Source of the DNA: a bacterium
GTDB lineage: Bacteria; Electryoneota; Electryoneia; Electryoneales; Electryoneaceae
Assembly: GCA_963675295.2 (NCBI GenBank)
Contig: CAXXKJ010000002.1
Coordinates: 2,240,001 to 2,304,000, forward strand
Direction: 5' to 3'
Length of the DNA stretch: 64,000 nucleotides
Shown: positions 10,886 through 19,871 of the stretch, piece after piece
Position numbering within the stretch: the first letter of the stretch is position 1
How the letters are laid out: every line of letters begins with the position of its first letter
Notes under the pieces: generated by a model
What the model was told of the DNA's origin: nothing
The model's database searches: none
The model's input: only the letters and a program-made list of their open reading frames with translations
Position numbers and translations under genes: made by a program

Positions 10886-11009
10886 GAAGTGCCCATGTCA
10901 AAAAACTTGCTGTCGCGGACCCGTGAACTTTAGTCTGCGGACTAAGGCCTGCGGGCTACGTTCGACGGAAAAACAGGAAGTGCCCGTGTCAAAAAACTTG
11001 CTGTCGCGG
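10886..11009 (+). repeat. 33-bp direct repeat pair (10886-10918, 10977-11009) enclosing a hairpin
   Basis: GAAGTGCCC(A/G)TGTCAAAAAACTTGCTGTCGCGG, 32/33 identical, 58-nt spacer. Confidence 0.9.
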
Positions 11010-11018
11010 CCGCTGGAT

Positions 11019-11110
11019 CGCCGCGTAGCGGCGACGCAATGGTAGCGTGTGGCTTCAGCCACACGAACGGCGCGCCCCCCAACCTTTCGTGCGTCCTGCA
11101 GGGACGCCGC
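11019..11110 (+). repeat. REP-like composite element, family A, copy 1
   Basis: CCGCGTAGCGG...GTAG-CGTGTGGC-TTCA-GCCACACG...GCGTCCTGCAGGGACGC; matches copies at 12529 and 44679. Confidence 0.85.
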
Positions 11111-11113
11111 ACC

Positions 11114-11713
11114 CTACCACATGAATCCGACCGATACTCCCAACTCGACCGACACGTACACAATTGAAAACAGTTCAGTGACATTGGCAACCGGCGGTTT
11201 TTCGGGAGTCCACGTAATATCCCAAAACAGGGGCATGCCCGCACCCAACCGTCCCGCGACACGGATGTACCGGCCCATGGTGAACGACCGCCCGTAATAC
11301 AATCCCGCATTCACATTGACCATATCGAAATGGTCAGACCCCACATCCCGTATCATCCGACCCGCACGCAGGTACGCGCCCCAATACGGACTGATGATCG
11401 CGGGTTCACCGTCGTAACGTGGGCTGTAACGTTGATACGCAACTTTCGCAACCCAACTGTCATGAAGCCAGGTTCCGCCTTCCACGTAAATCCCGTGCTT
11501 CTCAGCGAAAGACTGCTCATAGCTTCCAGCGATTCCCAGTCCGAGTCCCTGCAGTGGGTGAATGCTGATCACATGTGTCGGCTTGTGCCCGGTCCATCTG
11601 TGGATCGTCGTATCCGGGGGCGTGTTGAACGGGAGTTCGGCGGCGTGGCCGGGGAGGGTGAGGGTGAATACCCCGGTCAGAAGCAGGAACAGCGCCAGGT
11701 ACCGGATCAACAC
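11114..11713 (-). CDS. Hypothetical secreted/outer-membrane beta-strand protein
   Basis: Signal peptide (LIRYLALFLLLTGVFTLTLPGHA), alternating aromatic strands, C-terminal ELGVSVGFMW; start uncertain. Confidence 0.6.
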   Translation of the reverse strand: MLIRYLALFLLLTGVFTLTLPGHAAELPFNTPPDTTIHRWTGHKPTHVISIHPLQGLGLGIAGSYEQSFAEKHGIYVEGGTWLHDSWVAKVAYQRYSPRYDGEPAIISPYWGAYLRAGRMIRDVGSDHFDMVNVNAGLYYGRSFTMGRYIRVAGRLGAGMPLFWDITWTPEKPPVANVTELFSIVYVSVELGVSVGFMW

Positions 11714-11962
11714 GCTTCCCCCCGTGACAATTGGTGACGGTGTGCAAGTGTAAGGTAGCACGCGAAAAAGGCTGTTTCCGTCTCCAGGTGCAGGCGTCCG
11801 CTGGATCTTTCCATCCTGCTCAACATCGCTTTGCAGTTCGTGTCGTGATCGCTACATTTCGTTCATCGAAACGAGTGCCCCATCCGCTGTGTCGGGTTGT
11901 TGACGGGCTCTTGCTCATAGCTCAGAGCTCACCGCTCATGGCTCACGAAGGGAGTTGCAAAC

Positions 11963-12202
11963 GTGATCGTGGAAAAAGGCAAGCTGTCGCCCAAGTTCAA
12001 GGGGTTCAAGGATTCGAACACGCTGATCGAATTCGACAAGGGTGGCACGTGGAAGCAGGCGGTGGTCAAGTTCAAATCCAACAAGACCTATATGCCGAGC
12101 GCGGTTGTCACGATGCGCAATAACCGCTACTATCTCAAGGTTGAGGAAATGGGTGTCGAGGTCATGGTCACCAAACCGGGCAGCGATAATCTGTTGTGGT
12201 AA
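11963..12202 (+). CDS. Small hypothetical protein (79 aa)
   Basis: GGGAG SD-like sequence upstream of GTG; GC3-rich codon usage. Confidence 0.6.
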   Translation: MIVEKGKLSPKFKGFKDSNTLIEFDKGGTWKQAVVKFKSNKTYMPSAVVTMRNNRYYLKVEEMGVEVMVTKPGSDNLLW

Positions 12203-12206
12203 AATC

Positions 12207-12370
12207 AGTCCTGAGTCTTGAGATATGAGACGCTGAACCTGGGACACTTACTCCGCTAAGTGTCCCCGAACACTCTCCTCGGTCCAAAGTCCTGAATCCT
12301 GAGTCTTAAGACTTGAGATCTGAGACACGAAATCCGGGGACACTTACTCCGTTAAGTGTCCCCGGATTTC
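12207..12370. repeat. Two GGGACACTTA..TAAGTGTCCC palindromes (family B) embedded in degenerate heptamer repeats
   Basis: Copies at 12241-12268 and 12329-12370 (18-bp perfect stem GAAATCCGGGGACACTTA); AGTCCTG/TGAGAC-type heptamers around them. Confidence 0.85.
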
Positions 12371-12528
12371 CCACGCCCATAGCCTGTTTTTTCAGTTAAC
12401 CTTGATTTACCCGATGCCCGCAGGAGCTTCTGCTCGCTACCGCGGCTAACCGCTTGTTGTTCAACCGGCGTTGGCTTATCCGTCAACGGACCTTTCCCGA
12501 TGCACGCCGCCCGTTGCTACCCGATACA

Positions 12529-12621
12529 CGCCGCGTAGCGGCGAAACGAGGGTAGCGTGTGGCTTCAGCCACACGAACGCCGCCAACTCCAACCCTTCCG
12601 CGCGTCCTGTCGGGACGCCGC
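12529..12621 (+). repeat. REP-like composite element, family A, copy 2
   Basis: GGTAGCGTGTGGCTTCAGCCACACGAAC core identical to copy 1. Confidence 0.85.
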
Positions 12622-12747
12622 ATTGTTTCCCTGAAGCCCCCAGCCTGGAAAAAAATCTCCTTGTGCCACGGTCTTGATTGCTCTTTCCGCCACGGTCACG
12701 TATTCTTGACAAGACGGGAATAGACGCGCGAATCTCGGAGGGGGGAG

Positions 12748-14628
12748 ATGCCGAACCGCAATCGTGATCAAACACCAACGGAAGAACAGATCGAACAATG
12801 GCAAGCTCGCTGGGAGCTCTTTCCTGCGAAAGACGGCCACCCCAGCCTCAGCGATCAGGTGTTCCAATTGCTGACCACGCATCAAGCCGGTGAAACCGTT
12901 TCCGCCCGCAAACCCGACGCTGATTCCGATCCGACTCCAGGAACAGGGGATTGGTACCGAGCCTTTAACTGGCCTGAGGTCGAACGTCGCATCCTCGCGG
13001 TTTACGAACTTTTCGAGGCGCGGAAACGGGAATGGGAAGCCAAAGCTTCCATTCCGGCCGGATCATTCCCCTTTGATCAACAGATCAAAGGGGAATGGAA
13101 AGTGTTTGGATACGGGTACACCGGCCTGGATCACGACCTGTCTCTCCCCGCGCTGGACCTCCGCGGTGTTGATTGGTCTCAGCAATCAGCGCCGGAACTT
13201 TGCCTGCCATATGCCCACCTTGACGGCGCGAACCTTTTCAACGCCCACCTTCACGGCGCGGACCTTTCCTGGGCCCACCTTCACGGCGCGGACCTTTCCT
13301 GGGCCCACCTTGACGGCGCGAACCTTCGCTCAGCCCACCTTGACGGCGCAAACCTATACAAAGCGTACCTAAACAGTGCGGATCTTCATTTTGCTGAGCT
13401 TCACAGCGCGATCCTTTTTCAAACCAGTCTTCCCGGCGCGAACCTGCATTCTGCCCGCCTTATTGATGCGGATCTTAGCAATTCCAACCTTAGTGGAGCG
13501 GACCTCAGCGAGGCCCACCTTCACGGCGCATACCTTCGATGGGCTGATATTCAGGGTGCGGAGTTCGCAAACGCTACTTTCGGCACGTACGCTGCACCTA
13601 CAACAACGGCTAGTGAGGAGCAGGACACGGGCAAAAACCAAACCGCCGACCCGGTGATCACTCGATTCGCTGGAAACAGTTATTTGCCTGATAAGCTCAG
13701 TGACCGTATCGGCCAGTGGCGGAATGCACGAACAGATAGTCATTTGCGTGGACGGATTCCAACCCCCTGGCACTTGTTTGGATCACGTTGGGCTTTCACC
13801 TCCTTCACCGGTGTCGCCGTCAATGACGACGTCGCCAACCTCACGTTGGCCCCGGACCTGCAACGTTACATCAAGGATCAACAGTACATTGAACGATTGA
13901 AACAGAAAGCTGATTCGAACTGGAGCCGTTTCTGGCTGCGGGCTTGGGAATTGTCGTCCGACTACGGCTACAATGTCTGGCGTGTAGCGGGTTGGGCTGC
14001 GCTTGTCGTCCAACTGTTCGCCATCGTGCTCGGCTTGGGCGAAATGAGCTGGTGGTGGACTTTGATCGGTGCCCTGCCAGCGTTCGTCATCTGGTTCTGG
14101 CTTGTCTATGGCCCAACGTTATCGCTGTTCACAAATCCGTCACACATACCACGTGAGGTATGGCGAACACTCACCTCGAATCATATCCTCAAAGTCTTCG
14201 ATAAAACGCACGTACAACGATCATATTCTGAAAAACACGGCAAGCGATTTCCTCCAATATGCTGGTTGTTGCTACTTCTGGCACTGCTTGTTGTTCTTGA
14301 TCTTCGGTGGTCACCGGTTGCTACACCCGCGTGGGTCGTTGATTCGCTGCTCGCTGTCCATCTTCCCCAGTCGTGGGTTGCCACACTGGTGCACTGGCTT
14401 GCGGGGTCGGTGGTGATTCTTGGTTCGAATCTCGAACCGCCTCTTTGGCCGCCGCTGGAGTGGCTGTTTATCAGCTTCGACACCTTCACCAACCTCGGTT
14501 TGAAACCGGCTGATCCGGTCAGCAACACTGGCGCGGTTCTCATGTTGATCGAGAACCTGTTTGGCTACATCACGCTCGGTCTGCTGATTTCCGTCTTTGC
14601 CAGCCGTTTCGCCCGTCGGGCGGCGTAG
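12748..14628 (+). CDS. Pentapeptide-repeat protein with a C-terminal multi-TM, ion-channel-like domain
   Basis: A(H/D/N)LxG pentapeptide array; C-terminal TM helices; pore-helix-like WLFISFDTFTNLG followed by ENLFGYITLGLLISVFA. Confidence 0.8.
   Translation: MPNRNRDQTPTEEQIEQWQARWELFPAKDGHPSLSDQVFQLLTTHQAGETVSARKPDADSDPTPGTGDWYRAFNWPEVERRILAVYELFEARKREWEAKASIPAGSFPFDQQIKGEWKVFGYGYTGLDHDLSLPALDLRGVDWSQQSAPELCLPYAHLDGANLFNAHLHGADLSWAHLHGADLSWAHLDGANLRSAHLDGANLYKAYLNSADLHFAELHSAILFQTSLPGANLHSARLIDADLSNSNLSGADLSEAHLHGAYLRWADIQGAEFANATFGTYAAPTTTASEEQDTGKNQTADPVITRFAGNSYLPDKLSDRIGQWRNARTDSHLRGRIPTPWHLFGSRWAFTSFTGVAVNDDVANLTLAPDLQRYIKDQQYIERLKQKADSNWSRFWLRAWELSSDYGYNVWRVAGWAALVVQLFAIVLGLGEMSWWWTLIGALPAFVIWFWLVYGPTLSLFTNPSHIPREVWRTLTSNHILKVFDKTHVQRSYSEKHGKRFPPICWLLLLLALLVVLDLRWSPVATPAWVVDSLLAVHLPQSWVATLVHWLAGSVVILGSNLEPPLWPPLEWLFISFDTFTNLGLKPADPVSNTGAVLMLIENLFGYITLGLLISVFASRFARRAA
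13213..13362 (+). repeat. Five 30-bp coding tandem repeats (two identical) in the pentapeptide gene
   Basis: GCCCACCTT(G/C)ACGGCGC.. units at 13213, 13243, 13273, 13303 and 13333. Confidence 0.9.
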
Positions 14629-14695
14629 GGGAGGGGGAGCAAGTCACCAGCCACAGCCTGTTGACGGATGTGGGGTTCTTCATCGAGTATTCGCC

Positions 14696-14724
14696 TTGAC
14701 ACGCAGGCATCCGTTCCGTATACT
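14696..14724 (+). promoter_or_regulatory. Near-consensus sigma70 promoter
   Basis: TTGACA (14696-14701), 17-nt spacer, TATACT (14719-14724). Confidence 0.65.
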
Positions 14725-15010
14725 TGCTGAACATTCGTTCACGGTGAGCGAATGCCTTCTTGTGCAGTCCTTCTCGTCATCACCTGATCGCGGTGGCAAC
14801 CATCCGTACTTCCCGAGCGGTAGTCTTCTCAGTTGATCCCTGCCGTTTTCAAACCAACGCTCTCGTTCCGTATCCCCATGGACTTCCATCTCACTCCACA
14901 TCCCGGCTCCTGGCCTTCACCACCCACCCCGAAGGGGTGGCCTTTTCCCGCTGCCCGCGGGAGCGCTACCGGATTGCCACATCAGCCACTGGTCCATCCG
15001 GGACCTTCTT

Positions 15011-15085
15011 GCCCTCGGGCTTCAGCCCGGGATGGCCGGAAGTCAGAACACCCACAACCGCCACGCCCTCGGGCTTCAGCCCGGG
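15011..15085. repeat. Two copies of the GCCCTCGGGC-TTCA-GCCCGGGAT REP-like hairpin
   Basis: Identical copies at about 15011 and 15066; same GGCTTCAGCC core as family A. Confidence 0.8.
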
Positions 15086-15771
15086 ATAACCAACAGCTCG
15101 ATCTCCCACCGCATCTTGCCCGTGTTGGCTCTGCCAACGCGGCTTATCCGCCTTCCAACCCGAAGGGACGGCACGTTCGTTCAGACCTTCCCACCGGCAT
15201 CGAAGGCGGAGTCCCGATACGTGCGCATGGCCCCATTTATGACAGCACCGGCCAGCCGGTCCCATCAGAATTGTTGGACGAATTCGGCCGTCTCAAACGC
15301 CCGAAGCCCAAACCGCGCCGCAAACGTCCGCCGGGCGTTCCGCCACGGGGCTCTGGCGGCGGTTGGAACAGGGGGATGAAGGGGTCAACTCATCGTCACC
15401 GCAACCAGCTGATCTATCCGGAACTGATCTGGCGTGACAAACACGGCTATCGTTCCGCGCACGCCGGATTCGTCCGCCACCGGCACGAACAGCAGCCAGC
15501 TGCAACGACGCAAGTTGAAACTCGCACCACCTCAAAGCCGCCGAAAAGCCTGCCGGATGGCTGGATTCTGGCGCTTGCCTTCGCCCCTGGGCGAGGGTCT
15601 CGCAACTGGGGGACTGGCGTCAAAACCCCGCATTCGCTGCCCACTGTCCCGACTATCCTCCCGGCGACAGCACCCAGCCGCCTCCCGGGAACCTTGCAGG
15701 TTCGAATTCGGTGTATGTTCAACAGTTCGGCATACCGAACTTCTTCAGCGAACCAGACCAAGGAGCTCCCC

Positions 15772-16710
15772 ATGAGCATACGACCTGTCAAACGCCATTC
15801 GTCCGCCGTGCCGACGTTGGAAGGCGCGGGTGTCCATTTGCGGCGCGCGTTCGGGTTCGGCGACACCGACGCCACGGATCCGTTCCTGCTGCTGGACGAT
15901 TTCCGAAATGAACTCCCGGAAAACTACCTCAAGGGTTTTCCGTGGCACCCGCACCGTGGGATTGAGACGATCACCTACGTCCTCGCCGGAACCGTCGATC
16001 ACGGCGACAGCATCGGCAACTCCGGAACCATCGCCCCGGGCGATGTCCAGTGGATGACTGCCGGACGCGGAATTCTGCATCAGGAGATGCCGAAAGGGGA
16101 CGAACACGGCCGGATGCACGGCTTCCAACTCTGGGCGAACCTGCCGAGGGACAAGAAGATGGTCAAGCCGCGCTACCAGGAAATCCTGGCGAAGGATATC
16201 CCGGAAGAGACCGAGGATGACGGCACCCACGCGCGTATCATCACCGGCGAGTTCTGGGGCAAACGTGGGCCGGTCGAGGGCATCGCCGCCGATCCGGTGT
16301 ACGTCGACATCTCGGTACCGCCGGGTGTCCGGCGTCGGATACCGGTGGAAACTCAGCGGCACGCATTTGCGTACGTGTTCGCCGGGTCTGGTGTCTTCGC
16401 GAACGCATCCGACCCGCAACCGGTGATGACCGAGCGTCCCGACGGGACCGAAGAACTGGCGTGGCAGGAAGTCGAGAACCGGTCGCTGGTGCTGTTTGAC
16501 CGTGGCGACGAAGTCGTGGTCCAGGCAGGGGAAGAGGGCATCCGTTTCCTGCTGGTCAGCGGGCAGCCGCTGCGTGAACCGGTCGCGTGGAAAGGCCCGA
16601 TCGTGATGAACACCGAGGACGAACTCCGGCAGGCGTTTGCCGAGCTGCGGTCCGGCCGTTTCCTTGATCCCTTCGGGGAGGGCAACGGCGGCGGCATCCC
16701 GCACGGTTGA
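15772..16710 (+). CDS. Pirin family protein
   Basis: DPFLLLD, FPWHPHRGIETITY, QWMTAGRGILHQE, GPIVMNT; AAGGAG SD before the ATG at 15772. Confidence 0.95.
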   Translation: MSIRPVKRHSSAVPTLEGAGVHLRRAFGFGDTDATDPFLLLDDFRNELPENYLKGFPWHPHRGIETITYVLAGTVDHGDSIGNSGTIAPGDVQWMTAGRGILHQEMPKGDEHGRMHGFQLWANLPRDKKMVKPRYQEILAKDIPEETEDDGTHARIITGEFWGKRGPVEGIAADPVYVDISVPPGVRRRIPVETQRHAFAYVFAGSGVFANASDPQPVMTERPDGTEELAWQEVENRSLVLFDRGDEVVVQAGEEGIRFLLVSGQPLREPVAWKGPIVMNTEDELRQAFAELRSGRFLDPFGEGNGGGIPHG

Positions 16711-16731
16711 CGACCAACAATGGAGCGTTAT

Positions 16732-16762
16732 CGCCCGGTTTCGCTGAAACCGGGCGTTCTTC
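16732..16762 (+). terminator. Intrinsic terminator after pirin
   Basis: CGCCCGGTTTC / GAAACCGGGCG stem followed by TTCTT. Confidence 0.65.
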
Positions 16763-16920
16763 CTCTGCTTCGGAAAAATGTACACGATCTGGATTGCTGG
16801 AATTGGCAATTCCACGGTAGCATACAAGAGCTGTACCAAACTGCCTTCCTGAGCCGCTTTCTGAAGTCGCACGCCTGATCTGTTGCCCGTTTCATTTCAC
16901 ATCAATTGGGGGATGGTGAA

Positions 16921-17331
16921 ATGGCAACCTCATCCGCAAGATCTATCCTTGTTTTACGCTGGATCGCACGCATCCTCGGTACCATCATCGCAGTGTTCAC
17001 CCTCACCCGTTTCGCCGTTGAGATCCTGGAACCCGGCGGCTTGAACATCGAGAACGTCCAGCACTGGGTACTGTTGATCCCGATGTGGATCGCCCAGATC
17101 GGCCTTCTGCTCGGCTGGCGCTGGGAAAGGTTCGGCGGTATGCTGGCTTCCGCGTGCTTGATTTTCCTGGGGATAGCGAGCCTGATCATTCTCAGGAATC
17201 CGGCGGTGCTTATCATGTCCGTCTTCATGCTGATTCCGGCGGTGCTGTACATCTACTGCTGGCAGGCGACGAAGAAGCGGGATCTTATGGCACCTGCGGA
17301 AACTCCGGAGGTCCATCATGAACCCGCGTAA
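16921..17331 (+). CDS. Hypothetical 4-TM membrane protein
   Basis: Four hydrophobic segments with a LGWRWERFGG motif; overlaps the next gene. Confidence 0.7.
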   Translation: MATSSARSILVLRWIARILGTIIAVFTLTRFAVEILEPGGLNIENVQHWVLLIPMWIAQIGLLLGWRWERFGGMLASACLIFLGIASLIILRNPAVLIMSVFMLIPAVLYIYCWQATKKRDLMAPAETPEVHHEPA

Positions 17332-17863
17332 CCAACACTTCGCGCTGGTGGCAATCGTGCTGCTGGTGATACTGAGTGCGGGCGTGGCCTTCGCCGAGGA
17401 AGACCAGAAGCCGGACCGTCGCTCGTTCTTCCGTTTGAGTGATCACGACGTCCTGCTGCCGATTATCTCGCTCGAATGGGGCGCGCCGGACCGATTCTCG
17501 TTTACCTCACGGTACATCCACGAACTGGGCGAGAAGTTCGACGATCAGGAGTGGTTCAACAGCCTCAGCCTCTCCATCAGTCCGGGCTGGTCGGGCGGAC
17601 GCGCCAGCCTCGGCTACATGCTGCTCTGGGACCCGAAATCCAGCCAGGACTTCGGCATCTTCAGCGAACTGCGGGCGACCTACCTGCGCACATGGGGCGA
17701 GCCGATGTACGCCCCCCTGACCGACGAAAACTATCTCGGCGCGGAGTTCAGCCTCGGCCTCAGCTTCCTGCTCAAAGTCAGCGGCGGATACTACTGGCTG
17801 CTGTCACCGGTCGATGGTCACGACGACTCGTTCGTCGGATTTCATGTCGGGGTGGGGATATAG
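17318..17863 (+). CDS. Hypothetical secreted, probable small outer-membrane beta-barrel
   Basis: GGAGG SD, signal peptide ending AFA, amphipathic strands, C-terminal FVGFHVGVGI. Confidence 0.7.
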   Translation: MNPRNQHFALVAIVLLVILSAGVAFAEEDQKPDRRSFFRLSDHDVLLPIISLEWGAPDRFSFTSRYIHELGEKFDDQEWFNSLSLSISPGWSGGRASLGYMLLWDPKSSQDFGIFSELRATYLRTWGEPMYAPLTDENYLGAEFSLGLSFLLKVSGGYYWLLSPVDGHDDSFVGFHVGVGI

Positions 17864-17866
17864 ACC

Positions 17867-17897
17867 GGGCTATGGGCAATAGGCTATGGGCTATGGG
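17867..17897. repeat. Degenerate heptamer tandem repeat (GGGCTAT), about 4 copies
   Basis: gggctat gggcaat aggctat gggctat. Confidence 0.75.
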
Positions 17898-18063
17898 AGG
17901 GTTGCAACTGCGGCATTATGTTTGAGGTTAGTACTCCACGCTGTTGATATTGCGGTCTGAATAACGGACTTTTTATGGACCGTAATCAGTCTTGATATAG
18001 CCTTTTTTCTGCCCTATTTTATCCCCCGAAGTGTACCATCCCCCCGAACAAGGAGACGGACCG

Positions 18064-18336
18064 ATGATTGACGGCCGCCGCATTAAACCGATCAGCTACC
18101 TCAAGTCGCACGCCGCGGAGGTGCTGAAAGATCTGAAAGAAACAGGCAAGCCCTATGTGATTACGCAGCATGGAGAGGGCAGGGCTATTCTTATGGATAT
18201 TGACAAGTATGAGGAAGAGCTGGAAACCATTGCGAGATTGAAAATGGTGCTCATGGGAAAAGAACAAGTCCGGCAAGGAAAAGCCCGCCCTGCTGAAGAA
18301 GCGTTTGAAGAACTCAAGAAGCTGCGCGCAGGATAA
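18064..18336 (+). CDS. Type II antitoxin, Phd/YefM family
   Basis: IKPISYLKSHAAEVL..PYVITQHGEGRAILMDIDKYE; AGGAG SD. Confidence 0.9.
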   Translation: MIDGRRIKPISYLKSHAAEVLKDLKETGKPYVITQHGEGRAILMDIDKYEEELETIARLKMVLMGKEQVRQGKARPAEEAFEELKKLRAG

Positions 18337-18381
18337 TCCTTGTAGGGGTGAGGGGCGGCTGTTGGGGTGACAGCCGGTTTG

Positions 18382-18510
18382 ATGAGCAAACCGGGCCACC
18401 CGTCATACCGGGTTTTCTATGACATTCAGGATGAAGCGGTGTATGTCCGTTTGATCACCGATGGCCGCCGGAACATGCAGGAACTCCTGGCGAAGCGGTT
18501 GTTGGGGTGA
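18382..18510 (+). pseudogene. C-terminal remnant of a RelE/ParE-family toxin
   Basis: Frame reads YRVFYDIQDEAVYVRLITDGRRNMQELLAKRLLG*, typical of the RelE/ParE C-terminal half; N-terminal half is absent. Confidence 0.75.
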
Positions 18511-18576
18511 CACCCAGTTTGACAAGCAAACCGGGATACCTGCCGGAATGCTGGAAATGAGACCCGAGGCTGATGC

Positions 18577-19702
18577 AAATTCCAAGATCAAATGCACCGA
18601 TCAGGTTTTGTGATTGAAGAGGACCTCTTTTGGTGTTCTGTATCCGAGTGATTTTCTGGGTCTGTTGTTGAGTTGCTGTTCGACCGAATGGACGTCCAGA
18701 TCGTGAAGTGACCGGAAGTCCAGCCCCTTCGGAAACCACTGCCGTACCATCCGGTTCATGTTCTCGTTGCGTGCCCGCTCCCACGAGCTGTACGGATGCG
18801 CGAAATAGACCGTCACACCCAGCCGTTCAGCCAGCCATTCATGCCGCGCGAACTCACCGCCGTTATCCGCTGTCAGCGTGTGCAGGGGAAGCTTTCGCTG
18901 CTTCCAGTGGCGTTGAAACGCGGCGACGGAACGCGTGCTGAAGGTCTCGGCACGAAGGTCGGGCAGCAGCGCCAGCACGGTGTATTTGCTGCGTCGCTCG
19001 ACGTGGCTGGCAATCGCTCCCTTGTGCCCCTTGCCGTGGATCGTGTCCGACTCCCAGTCGCCCGCACGGCCCAGTTTGTCAACGATCTCCGGACGTTCTT
19101 CGATGCCCGTCCGGTTGCGGATCATGCCACGGAAGTCCTTGCGTGACCCACGTTTGCGATAGCCGCGACGCCCGTGATTCAGGCACAGGTGAAGCGTGCC
19201 GCCGTTGTCCTGGTCACGGCGGATCCAGCTGTAGATCGTCTGCGTGCTCACCTGCATCGACGGGTCGTCACGAAACTCCCGCCGCAGACGACCGGCCAAC
19301 ACATCCGGCGACCAGTACTCGCCGCGCAGATGCACTTCCAGGTACGCTCTCAGCGCCTCGTTTTCACTGATCCTGCTGTGTCCGGCACGGATCGCCGACC
19401 GTCGCTCAAACGCCTGCTGATGGGCGCTGGCGGGCAGGTAGTCGCCTGCTGAATCCCGGTTCCGCTGCAGCTCACGACTGATCGTCGTCCGGTGACGTCC
19501 AAGCTGTCTCGCGATCTCCGGGACACTCTCTCCCCGATGATGCTGACAGGCTATCATCTCACGCTCACGGAGCGTAAGTTGACCTTGTGGCATTGCTGTT
19601 CCTCGTTCCGTTTTTGTGTTCTCTCAAACCCAAAATACAGAACAAGACGGCAGTGCCACTTCTCTTCAAAACCCGAGCCCTGTGCGATTGATTTTAGAAT
19701 TT
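18577..19702 (-). mobile_element. IS30 family insertion sequence (ends approximate to 1-2 nt)
   Basis: Imperfect terminal inverted repeats AAATTCCAAGATCAAATGCAC (18577-18597) and GTGCGATTGATTTTAGAATTT (19682-19702), 17/21 match. Confidence 0.85.
18601..19593 (-). CDS. IS30 family transposase
   Basis: HTH IARQLGRHRTTISREL; DDE motifs GDWESDT, TLTADNGGEF, PYSSWERARNEN; LNNRPRKSLGYRTP. Confidence 0.97.
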   Translation of the reverse strand: MPQGQLTLREREMIACQHHRGESVPEIARQLGRHRTTISRELQRNRDSAGDYLPASAHQQAFERRSAIRAGHSRISENEALRAYLEVHLRGEYWSPDVLAGRLRREFRDDPSMQVSTQTIYSWIRRDQDNGGTLHLCLNHGRRGYRKRGSRKDFRGMIRNRTGIEERPEIVDKLGRAGDWESDTIHGKGHKGAIASHVERRSKYTVLALLPDLRAETFSTRSVAAFQRHWKQRKLPLHTLTADNGGEFARHEWLAERLGVTVYFAHPYSSWERARNENMNRMVRQWFPKGLDFRSLHDLDVHSVEQQLNNRPRKSLGYRTPKEVLFNHKT

Positions 19703-19871
19703 TGGTGAAGCCCCGGGCCACCCGCCACGGCATTTGATGTTATACCAATGCGATGTATCGCTTTCTTTGCAGAATTTTTTGTCATATCTTGGCGGTAGCC
19801 GCCTGCAGCGGCTGAACAGGTCCCGGCACCAGGGATTGCCGGGCTACGCTTTATTGCTGAAGGTGGACTTG

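Noticed and set aside
10886-11009. Possible mini-CRISPR array
   Set aside because: Only two repeats, a 58-nt spacer that is itself a REP-like hairpin, and no cas genes in the window.
14833-16710. 625-aa pirin fusion as given in the ORF track
   Set aside because: Pirin homology starts at 15772 behind its own SD; the upstream frame runs through REP hairpins. Kept only as an open question in the findings.
18355-18535. Direct repeats as CRISPR repeats or prophage att sites
   Set aside because: Imperfect, about 100 nt apart, overlapping a toxin remnant; no integrase or cas gene nearby.
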